Shown here: positions 42,801 to 53,600 of the stretch, one piece after another
Layout: every line of letters begins with the position of its first letter
How positions within the stretch are numbered: the first letter of the stretch is position 1
Source: Paraspadella gotoi
Lineage: Eukaryota; Animalia; Chaetognatha
NCBI GenBank assembly: GCA_051294375.1
Contig: CM119270.1
Span: 13,549,833 to 13,613,832 of the forward strand
DNA: 64,000 bases
Direction of reading: 5' to 3'
The notes under the pieces: model-generated
Databases searched by the model: none
What the model saw: the letters and a program-made list of their open reading frames with translations, nothing else
Told to the model about the DNA's origin: nothing
Position numbers and translations under genes: made by a program

Positions 42801-44827
42801 GGCGCCGGCGCTACCACGCCCACCCCACGGAACTATCGGGCGTGTGCTTTTGCGCGGACCGGGGCGTCGGTCTCTCGCGGTCACGGGGTGATCGTCGACA
42901 TGGGAGATTCTGAGATGAGGTGTGGTTCCCGAGTGGTTACATTGGCCGATAAATGGAGTAGAGGCCCGGTGATAAAAGCTTTACTCTTTAATTTTCGTCT
43001 CTTATAGAGTATATTTCACTGACTCCGCTCTCAACTCCCCAGGGAAATTCACTGAGACAATTGCCGACTTTCGGCCTTAAAATTCGACGATCAAGACAGA
43101 CGACTCGAACTTATTAAACCATTTCTTAATCACGATAATAGCTATTACTATTTTAAACCCAGGCGGGTAAACCACGCAACCCCCTTCCTGCACCCCACAC
43201 CCATCCGAACCAGGTCTACCACTCCTTCTACATCGCCTTCGCTGTCAAGTATGCCGCAGTCGCGACGGGTTCTTCGGCGCACGAGAAACCGGACAGAGGT
43301 TAGGGCGAGAGGGTCGAGACGAATATTCGGTGGATTCAAGGGGAAGTAATTTAGTGAAGTGGATGATAAAAGGTCTAAAGAAGAGTCATCGCGTGACTTC
43401 GAAATTACTTTTATTTAAATCAGCCAAGATATTTATACTTTAAAAAATCTCTTCTTCAGATCTCCCTCTTTGGGGTTTTNNNNNNNNNNNNNNNNNNNNN
43501 NNNNTTTCTAGATTGCATCATCAAAAGCCTAAAGAGTATGGGGTCTTTGCATCTATTTTTATACCTTTTAAACTCATTTTGATGCGATTTCAATGTCATT
43601 TTTCAATGTTGCAGATGGGTTATCTCTCGATGTTCCGGACAACTCTAAACTTGTCTTCTTCGTCGATGTCAAGTCTATCCACCGGTCAGTTGAGCCTAGA
43701 GTTGTCTGAGCGTGAATCATATTATAAATTTGTCATTCAATTGAATTGTTCCAGGCTCAATCAACTCGCCCGGAGATAACGGAATCCTTACGGGGGACGA
43801 CCACATCCACCACGGGCGTGCCCACTCGGCACCGGGGAGCCACGAGGGGCGAAGCTCTGGTCACGGAGCCGGACATCATGGCTCTGATCGATTCGCCGAT
43901 GATGGACAATCACCGGATCCACGACTAGACGATATGGGTGGGTAGCAAAAAAATTTATTTATTTAAATACTTGTTATATATTCATTTATTTTATATTTAT
44001 TAGTTTAATTTCATTCATTTATTTACTTATTGTTTAGACCACCAATTAATCGATTCAATGATTGTTATTGTTACTAATTTTTTTCATTATCTATTCTTCT
44101 TATCTATAATTACATTTTTAAGCATATCTTATGGCAATAGCCGGGTTGCCTGAGAACCCCATTGGAAGGAGACATCTCGCTGTTGGCTTTAGGGGTTTCC
44201 GGCCCTCATTGGCGCCACCTGCGACTGGCGCGGTTACCCTAGGACGGTCTCGCTTTGCCAACACAGAGGGAACGCAACGGTTGGGATGGTGCGCGCTCTC
44301 CCTCTGAGCGGTGTGCATATTTACCGCCACGATCTTCTATTTATTTTAAGGGGGAAAAACAGTTTGGTCGAGAAAAATATTGGGCCTTTCTGGTCTCTTA
44401 TGACCGTCATAAATCATCGACTCTCTCTCTTAGCTTTTATTTCCTTTATCCTTTCTTCATCTTTTTTTCGCCGTTTTCTTTTCTGCATTATTCCTCCCCT
44501 TTTCCCTTTTTTTTGTATCCTTCCTGCCTTCCTTTCACTTCTTTTTTTTTCTTTCCTTCTCGTCTATTATTTTTTTTCCTTCCCTTGCCCACAGGTCTGG
44601 GCGGCTGGCGTTCCACCCCTTACTGTTTTGGCACTGGGGGTTTGGGTGGCTCCTCAAACTCTGTCGTCGGCGCCGCCAACGCCGCCGGAGCCTTGGTGGG
44701 CGGCGTCGGCGGCGTCGGCGGCGGTAATCCTTCCGCGTCGGGAATGGGCCGACAGCGTCGCGGCAGCGCAGGAAACATCAGCCGGCGCAGGAGCAAACTA
44801 TCCAAGAATTCCTACGGCGACGTTTGA
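36838..44827 (+). CDS. NF1: Neurofibromin (NF1), C-terminal ~18 exons; 5' part not found in window
   Basis: Exons: 36838-37055, 37234-37368, 37441-37559, 37816-37939, 38300-38391, 38473-38588, 38790-38968, 39179-39284, 39365-39445, 39656-39861, 40185-40296, 40629-40882, 41055-41174, 41249-41347, 41424-41570, 43615-43684, 43755-43937, 44595-44827 (TGA). Phases are consistent throughout. Peptides [91 protein letters not shown] and [11 protein letters not shown] match the known NF1 C-terminal region. Confidence 0.96.
41650..41920 (+). mobile_element. Short structured interspersed repeat (SINE/retrozyme-like) carrying the twister motif, copy 1, NF1 intron 15
   Basis: Homologous to the reverse complement of 44126-44340: shared GTGGCGGTA..CACACCGC start, CAGAGGG/CCCTCTG stem, twister core and 3' GGCAACCCGGCTRTTGCCATA hairpin. 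Confidence 0.7.
41786..41866 (+). ncRNA. Putative twister self-cleaving ribozyme, type-P5 permutation, minimal P1
   Basis: Manual fold: P5 GTTGGC/GCCAAC; P2' GCGA; GA+CCG (T1 3' side); P1 TC-CTAG-GG; TAA; P2 CCGC; GC (T2); P3 CAGTGAC/GTCACTG; P4 AGGG/CCCC; L4 T-CGG-AA-GC. T1 CGG/CCG and T2 GC/GC are both complementary. Predicted cleavage at U41812^A41813. Confidence 0.8.
41921..43447 (-). repeat. Inverted copy of ~40045-41622 (NF1 exons 11-15), probable chimeric/fold-back read artefact
   Basis: Reverse complement of the adjacent sequence, including introns. Indel errors increase with distance from the junction, and it ends at the N gap 43480-43503. Confidence 0.85.
44126..44340 (-). mobile_element. 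Same structured repeat, copy 2, antisense in the last NF1 intron
   Basis: The reverse complement aligns by eye to 41650-41920 with two internal deletions and scattered substitutions. The pattern looks like true paralog divergence rather than read error. Confidence 0.7.
44181..44263 (-). ncRNA. Degenerate second copy of the twister-P5 motif (L4 mutated)
   Basis: Minus strand reads TGTTGGC AAA GCGA GA CCG TCCTAGGG TAA CCGC GC ...AGGG C CGG AA AC CCCT AAA GCCAACA. The conserved L4 U is changed to C, AAGC to AAAC, and P3 is disrupted. Confidence 0.6.
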
Positions 44828-46798
44828 AGGAATTTTTGATCGGTTGTCTCCATCGGCGAAGCGTGAGAAGTGAATTGTGACGCGTGAATAGTGATGTGAG
44901 ATGAATGATTTTTGATTCATGAATGCGATTTGAGAAGTATGAAATGAATTTGGACGATTTTTATATATATGTAGTAAATGGCGTCGAAGAAGATGACTTT
45001 CGGTTGCATTTAAGGGAACGCTTTTTAAACGTCGCTTTTTTGACGATACCGGCAATAATTTCAAGAAATATTAATGCTGACCTTTAGAACCATTACTCGT
45101 TTATCTATTTATCTTGTTGCGTTTGTTAGCTCGAGACAGATATTTATAAATGGGATAAATTTGTTTTTTTCTCTTTTTTTTTTTGAAAGAAAACATTTTA
45201 GGGGGGTTGATTTGGATGTTTCGTAATATTTTGTTTTAAACATCTTTTTAAAAATCGTAAATCCCTGTGATAGAAGTCGTCGTACTTTGTTTTATGATAC
45301 CCAATGTGATTTTTATCAATTACAAAAAAGTTTCACTTTTTTTACATTCTAACGAACCTCTATTCTCTCCAAATTTCTTAATCGACAACATTTAAGATTG
45401 TGTGAATAATACTCAATGGTAACTTTGAAACGAACTTTCTTGAAATTATTTTATAACAATCGCGAGGCCATGTTTTTTTGTATTTTACTACAGGTTTTCT
45501 TATTTAAAAAACGGGGAAAAAATATAATTATAAAAATTTAAGTGGTTGAAATGAAAGTTCATATCTTTACAATAAGAATAACATATTATTTGACGTTGAA
45601 TTAGTATTTGGCTGTGCTTAGATTCCTATTTAAGTATGGTATATTAGTTTCATGTTGTTATGCCAGTTCGATATCTTAAAGCTGACCTGCTATAATTTTT
45701 TTAAAACTAGTTTTACTGGTGAAAAGTCATTAAGATGAATTTAAAAATCATAATTAAGTAGCGGAGTAACATATAATATAATATAATGCGCTATTTTTCT
45801 ATTTTTTTCTGCTATTCTTAATTGATTGCTTTTTAAAATCTCGATACATACCTTTTTTAGGAATTTGAGCCTCTATGTACCAAGTCAAATTGAGTTCTTA
45901 CCCAAAAAGAAACATTTGACCTCGATCCATTTCGTTAATAATGCTGTTCATGTATCTCGTCTTTTAGATGTTTAACCTATCCCATTATCTAAGGTTCGAA
46001 GATTGCAATTCTTTTGCTTGCCCTTAGCTTTTTGCTCTAATTGTCTGTCAAGCTGGTCTTGGTAGAATAAATATGATAAACGTGTCTTGATTTTATTTAA
46101 GGATATCTGATCGTAACTTCAACTCTAGCCATCACATATTAGACGGGTCGACTTCTATATAAAGGAACGATCAAAATATTTATAAAGATTTGTATTTATT
46201 CTATTGTTTATTGATAGTAACGACGAAGCACTGGACTACAATTGGGAAACAAAAGTCGCCTAAAATGTATTTACACAAAGGGAACGGTTTAAATTCGCAA
46301 GTAGGTAAATGTAAAGAAATATATTTTTCCAAATAAATAATTCTAATGGTTAAATTTGAATTAACTCCCTTACGGTCACGACTGACATCAACTTATTGAA
46401 AAATTCATTGAATGATAATTAGTAAATCATCTTTTTTTTATGTACGTACACATTAGTATGTTTTATTATTATTTATTATTTTACGACCAAGCCTCACATA
46501 AATTTAAAACGTACTTGGCGATCATAACTATATGGCACGACATGGCGTAAATTGTAGGAACTCGACCGATAATAAGTCACTCGTTTTGTCACCAAATCAT
46601 AAATTTATCAGACAATCGACACGAATTTTAACAGACTCTCGCGGTGATATATGCCCTATATTTTGATACGAAGGAAGTAAGTACAATGTAAAGTTTCTCA
46701 GACTAGTTAGCCGACGGCTTACATCCGCTATCACCGCGCGCCATCACGCCATCACGCCAACACGCCATCGCGTCAAATCGCCGTCGGGTTGTAGCGTC

Positions 46799-47550
46799 TT
46801 AGTACCGATCGCTGTTGAGAAAGCGCGAGAAAGGGTTTGGCCCTCGCCGTTTAGCTTGAAGGGCGAGGTTCATGCCTGGCGTCAAAACAAAAAAACCCCA
46901 AAAAATATGAATTAAAATCGGGTTAAAAAAAAATGTTAAATGTCGAATAATAATCGGAACAAACTAAATTCAACTCTACGGTAAACGTACAATGGATTTG
47001 GAAATATAACCGAGAACAACAACGACAACAAAAAAAGTAACAACAACATTAACAACAACAGCAAAGAAATGAAGAAAAAAATTCGTCTGCTCACCTCCTC
47101 ACCTCTGTTCTGAGCCAAGGCGGTGCAGGTGAGCCACTCTCGCAACGAGACGGCGTTGTCGTCGTTCTGGTCGCAGAATTCCACGAAATACTTGCGACAT
47201 CTTTTCAGTTTCTTTATTTTCCTCAGTTCGCGCTTGAGGTTTCGTCTTTCCCGCCGCTCGATGAGCTGCGTTTAGATTAAATAGATTATATTACGTTTCG
47301 TTATACATTTACCATTAAATAATATTTTTGAGTAACATATGGGTTAATGTTGAGTATCAAAGTAGAAATTGAACTGATTATTTAATTTGTTTTACTAAAA
47401 ATTTTAGTTCATTTCAGAAGCAAAAGGTATGATGGTTGACAGCGAAACGATTACAAAGAAATGAACATGGCTTATTTCAGCCTTCAACAGCTACGAATTG
47501 ACGTTTTATATAAAATTAACTACTTTAAATATCTCTCTTCTCTTTCTCTT

Positions 47551-47645
<95 letters not shown>

Positions 47646-50600
47646 CAGTCGGTCGCTCACCCCATTGGAATCCTCGTCTAACATTGAGTATTTCCAGACC
47701 GCCGCCTGTTCGTCGATGGAAAGTTTGGGATTTTTCGCCGCCAGACTAAAAATTTTTTAAAAAAATAGTAAATTAACTAAAAATAAATAAATACATTGAT
47801 AGGAGAGGCAGTTCGACTCTGTTTCTTGTCTGTCTGTCTCTCTCTCTCTCTCTTTTTTTTTCTTAACCCAACTTTAACTTTACCTTCTGTGATTAGTATT
47901 AGTTTCATTTTTTGAGAAGGCCTCCATTTCCTTTTTGACGATTCTCAGTAGATGAGTTACGAATCGCTGTTTTTTCAGTCCAGGGCATCCTGGCAGAATT
48001 AATAAAAAATATTACCATATTAGTTTGCAAGGGAGATTAAATATAAACAGACATCTTGAAACGCCAAAAACTAATAAAGTCGCTTCTCATTTTCTTTTAA
48101 GGCTAAGTTTCTATCAAATTATATTAAACAATTTTAAATTCAAAACAGACCTTTCCAACTCGTATGATTTCATTCAGCGTGGACGACTAATCGAATATAT
48201 ATATAATAATAATATATAATATATTATATATATATGTATATTAAGTGTGCGTCCATTTTTTTTAATGCGACTAAAAACGGTTCAAAGTCATAAAAGGACA
48301 GTTGTCAGCAGATTCGCCAAAAAATGAAAAAAAACTCACCTTTCAGCTTTCTCTCGGGATTCATGTCACAATTTGGACGCATGTTATGCGTTGCGGTTCC
48401 GGTTATTGGTCGCCCATCGTAGATGTTTACGCACCAACAGTAACCAGTGGAACGATGACACTGATCCTGTTCAAAAAATAATTATCTTGCTAGTAAATAA
48501 TCGTCAAAAGTGTTTTTTTTTTAAATATAACAACCAACCTGGCGATAGTTTCCCGTCGGGGCGCATTCGGGCACAAAGATGCCCGCGTCGGGATCTTTGG
48601 CCGCATCAGACTCTGCGTTCTCACGCTCTTGCGTGCAACTGGGCGACTCTGAATTTTGGAGAGCAAAAGATGACGATAACTCATTTAGGTGTTTTTTTTT
48701 TGTTGTTTTCTTTTTGTTTTCTTTTTGAAAGGCAGATTCGTCCGAGTTCTCGATAGAGGATTTTGTTTACCTTTGCTCATGTCATCGTCTTCTTGAAATC
48801 CTTGGGAATGAGGAAAGCCGCCGAGAAGACTCGCTTTTCCCTCTTCTTTTTTGTTCCCTGGTTATTTATCATAAAAAAATTAAAACACTCGTTAGAATGT
48901 ATCCTTTTTTCTGGAGTCATATGATTCATTTAAGTAGTTATAGAAAGAAAGAGTAGACGTTGTCATTAGGGAATTTATCAATTCGTTTTTTGTTACTAGT
49001 TAACGTTGATACGGCAGGTTAAACCTCGGCCCTGAAAATAACATTTAACTCACCTCTTTTGCCGTCCGTTGCTCCATTAGCGGCTTCGCGTTCGCCCGAA
49101 TTCAGAGACAGAAACAATTTAAACGAAACTTTTGTTTTAGGTTTTTAATTTAATTGTTTTTTTTTGTTTTTTTGGTGGGAGGGTGGGGCATTTGTTTTTT
49201 TTTTTTGGTTGTCGGGTCATCGGGAAGGTGGGTGGTTGAAGGGTAGTTTGGGATAGTTGGGTTGGGCCATAGGCATGGTGCGTGGCGGTGAAGGGAGAGG
49301 TCAAAATAGGGGACCGACATGGGATTAGGATTAAACAACGAAAATCAAAGGGAAAACTTTTATTATTAATGTGTGCAAAAATGTTGTAAGATTTATTCTT
49401 TAAAAAAAATTTTAAAGATAAATCTTTATGCTCCTAATGAATACAGAAGTCTTCGAAATTTTGTATTTTCTTTAATAAAAACTAAAATTAAAATCTGGTA
49501 ATTTTTTATGGCAAGCCAAAAAACTATTTTTTTTCTAAACTACAGTTCTGGCCAAAATGATCATTTTGAAAAACTACATTTATTTTTTTTATATGAAAAG
49601 GAACCATTTCTTAAAGAAAGTCGTAATAGTATGAATATCATGCTTACACTATTACTCTGATTAAATAAAAATATTTTAAACTGAAATATTTTTTATTACA
49701 TTTTGAATGATGAGATATCAAATTACTTTGAAACAATACTTTTTTCATATTCCTGTTCTATGAATATTAAATGTTAACAACATTTATTCAAACCCCTTGA
49801 ACCATCATATGAAATCAATCTTTTCTTAAAAAACAACACACCTTAACCATGCACCATAAGTTTCAAGTAATACTTAAATCTTTAACCTAAAAAACCTTTA
49901 ATCTAAAAAATTATCTAAAAATCTGTAAAATTATGATATAAATCGTGAGGTAAGTGCGCGAGTTAGCTACATTAAACTGCACCAAAAAAAATATGGACTG
50001 ACACTAATCTAAATAATAGAAAATTCTATTACATCTTCCAATCTTTTTGGCGCGCGCGATTGGCACCGGCTTGGAATGGTGTTTTGCGGGGTGATTTGCG
50101 GGGCGTTTGCCGAGGCTTTTAAGTCCCGAGTCTCCGGAGGATTTAAGGCCACGGACCGCGACGGATCTTAAACTAGCCATGCTATGAGCAACAACTAGAC
50201 TCGTTTGATTGGGGCCAGAAGCGAAGGATCTTTTTTGAAATTCTTGCGCGGGAGAGGAGATTAGACGAGGCTGTCCTGGCCAACGATTAAGGGTCGTATT
50301 AAATTGCATAAATTTGTAATAGTTTTTTTTTTTTATTAAACCCCTTATTTCAACTTTCTTGTTTATTTTTATTATTTATCATTATGAATTTAATATCTAT
50401 AATTTTTTTTTAGGTTAGTATTTAATTTAATGGCAAGAAGTTCCAAAAAGAAAGTTTCACAATAAAATGTTAGTAAAGGTTTCAAAAAAATATATAGTCA
50501 AAAAATACTAATTAAATACACAGTATAAGTTTAATATTCATATTAGAATTTCAGTAATTAATATTTTTTTAAATTGTTTTTGGGACAAAACCAACTATAG

Positions 50601-53600
50601 TATAATTTGACCACAAGATTCGATAAGTAATTCGATAAACCAAATCATAATTCTTTTAGTGATAAAATATTTAAACGTATTAAATATATCGGGAGAAACG
50701 GTGATTAGTTGATGCAACTGAAAATTATTTAAACAATAATGAAAGATTTTGAAAAGCGTTAATTAATGAAACTGATGGGATTTGCTAACAACTCTAAAAA
50801 TAAAAAAAAACTACGATTAAATGAAGAAGACATTTTTGGTATAGCAATAAATCCCATCAGCGTCATCAACCCAGATTTCTCCATTCGTGACAGAGTAACA
50901 AACGGAAATGAGGATGCAATAAAGGTGTCACCACCTGCCATGGGGGACGAAGCGGCATCAGCATCAGCGGCAGAAGCGGATGAAGAATAAGCAGGAGCAG
51001 AAGCGACGACGGCAGCGTCGGCGGCGGGATCGACGGCGACGTAACCCTGACCAAATTTCGAGCGACGGGAATCTCCGTCGTCGTCCTCGTCGTGCTCGCC
51101 GCCGATCCGCGCCCGCGAGACGTCGCCCCCGGCGCCAATGCCGGCGCCACCGGAAGCCGGAAAGCCAAAAAGCGCAAAGCCCTCGTCCCCTCCACCGGCG
51201 TCCCCGCCACCACCTCCACCACCGACGCCGCCGCCACCGAAGCCCCCGCCGCCGATTCCCCCGACCTCGCGAAGGCTGGAGCTCGGCGTGAACGACTCTC
51301 GCGACGGCCCCTCGAACAGCAGGGCACCCGGCGACATCGGGGACAGAAAGGAGCCGCCCGCGCCGCCGACGCCGCCCCTTCGACCGGCGACGGGACGACG
51401 CCGGCGGGGCGGACGCCGCCGATCCCCGGTCGACGACCCAGAGCCGGAAAACTTACTGTCTTGGATGGGGACACCGAGACAGACGGACCACTCGGACCGC
51501 GTGATACGAGCGTCCTGGTCCAGATCGCAGTGGACGACAAAGTGCCGGGCGCAGGCCTTCGGCGTCATGTATTTGCGGACCATCCGCTGGAGCTGCTTGA
51601 GCTCGCGACGCTTGAGGCGTCCGTCGCCGTCGGCGTCGATGTCCGCGAATTTCCACTCGATTATTCGGCGCTCGAGAGTGGGGTCTTCGGCGGCCGGGAT
51701 GGGGGGGGTGGTTAGTGGAGTTTGTTGAAGGTTAGATTAAGGACAGATAAAGAGGAGAGGAGGATTGGGTGTACGATCGTCATCAACCAAATATTTTGAG
51801 GGCGACGTTGAAAGTGTTTTTTTTTTAAGGTGGCGGAGTTGAGCATTGGGGAGAGAAAGTTGAGAAAAAATAGATAGAATCATTACTAAACAATGAAATT
51901 TAAGCAATAGTAAGAGTGGCGAAAACCAAGATAAAATTAGAAGCCAAAGTGATATCGTTGGAGTCATAGTTCTAAAACTTACCCGGTTTTAAGTTTGGAC
52001 CCTCGCGGGATTGGCGAGGAACCCTCTCGAACTCTTGTTTGAATTGACCAATGAGGTTTTTGTTGAACTCGAATCTGTCCGCTTGATTGCAGCCTTAACC
52101 CGAGAAAAAAATTGATTATCGTGAGAAAAATATTATATTTTACGTTGGGAGGATGGAGCACGAGGTTAATAAATATTACAAATATGTAAGATTTTTTAAA
52201 AAAGTACTTTTATTTAAAGCTACTTACCTTTTCCCGTATGCGTCTTCGTTTTCTTTCTGAAAGGAGGCGATCTTTCCCCTCGATCTCCGGAGTCACCTAG
52301 AACCAATCACCACCAGACATTAACTTTATTATTATTATTATTATTGTCATTATTATTATTATCATTATTATCATTAACCAATCATCCCCATTTCCACTCG
52401 CCTCTTCGGGCGGACTTGCAGTTGGGCGTCTTATCTCGGACCGAGGATCCCGGGATCGGCTTTCCGTCCCTGCTGACGCACCAGCAATATTTTGTTAGCG
52501 CCGCACTTCCGTGGCACTGCACTTCGACGAAGGACCCGTCGGCCTTGCAGGTGGGGACGATGACCCCGACGCTGCGGTCCCGCCGCTGCTGCAGTTGTGC
52601 GTTCTTGCGTTCGACGAGGCATCGGGATTCTGAATGAAGTGGTCGGGGTTGAGTGGCGAAATGAATCAGAACAAGAGAAAAAATGAGATGAGATAGTGAT
52701 TTTGATGAAGATGGGAATGGGAATGGGGGATGGACAAAGATGAGAATGGGAATAGACAAAGACGGGAAATGGGCGATTGACAAAGATGAGAATTTAGATG
52801 GACAACGAAGGGAATGGGCGATGGATGAAGATGAGAAGTAAATGGATGAAAGTGGTTAAAAATAGAATAAGAGATGTATGAAGATGTACTCCAGAGAAGT
52901 GGACGGTAGATTGATTAGGATGATTATTGTAGAAGGATATAAAATAAGAATAGAATGTTCGAAAGTTTGTATGACTCATTGTTGATTCCCGTACCCTTGC
53001 AGGTTCCCTCGTTGGCCATTTGGACGTTGGCTCCCAAGCATTGAGCGCGTCGAAGGTCGCACTCGCTGTCGTACGTCCTTCCGTCTGTCCCGCACACTTT
53101 GATGTTGCGTTTGGAAAGATCGCAGGTCGTGTTGCAACGACGCACCTCGAAACTGCTCTTTAGGGGCAACTGACGGGATTAATAAAAGTGCTAAAACTTT
53201 CGAAAACTTTCTCCATCTAAATTCACGTTTTTTTTATATTGTATGTTAGAATGTTTTGTTGCCAAAAAAAAATCTTCCATCCTTTAATTTTAATCACAAA
53301 CAGAATTCCCAAACATTTCGAGTGAAAGTGAAAGGAGCTTAAGCTGTCCCAAGTCACAGCTGCGCTGGCAATTCAGTAATCTCCTTAACTTTTTCTTTGA
53401 TTTTGCTTCTTTTTTTTCTTCTTTTTTTTTGGACGGGGGCCCGAGGGGGTGATATTTTTGTAACTTTACGCGATAAATTTTTCGTTTCAAAGGTTAAACG
53501 GGTAACACATTTATTCTTCAACTCACCAACTCGCCGAAGGTGGAGAGGCCCGACCCTCCCAAGCCTGGTCGGTCGTCCGAGGGCCGTGGACTTCCCTCTC

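Noticed and set aside
41836-43339. Second NF1 paralog on the minus strand
   Set aside because: It is a near-identical fold-back of adjacent exons and introns with read-type indels, ending at a gap.
50980-51728. Plus-strand Pro/Ala-rich ORFs
   Set aside because: They are antisense shadows of the GC-rich SMOC coding region.
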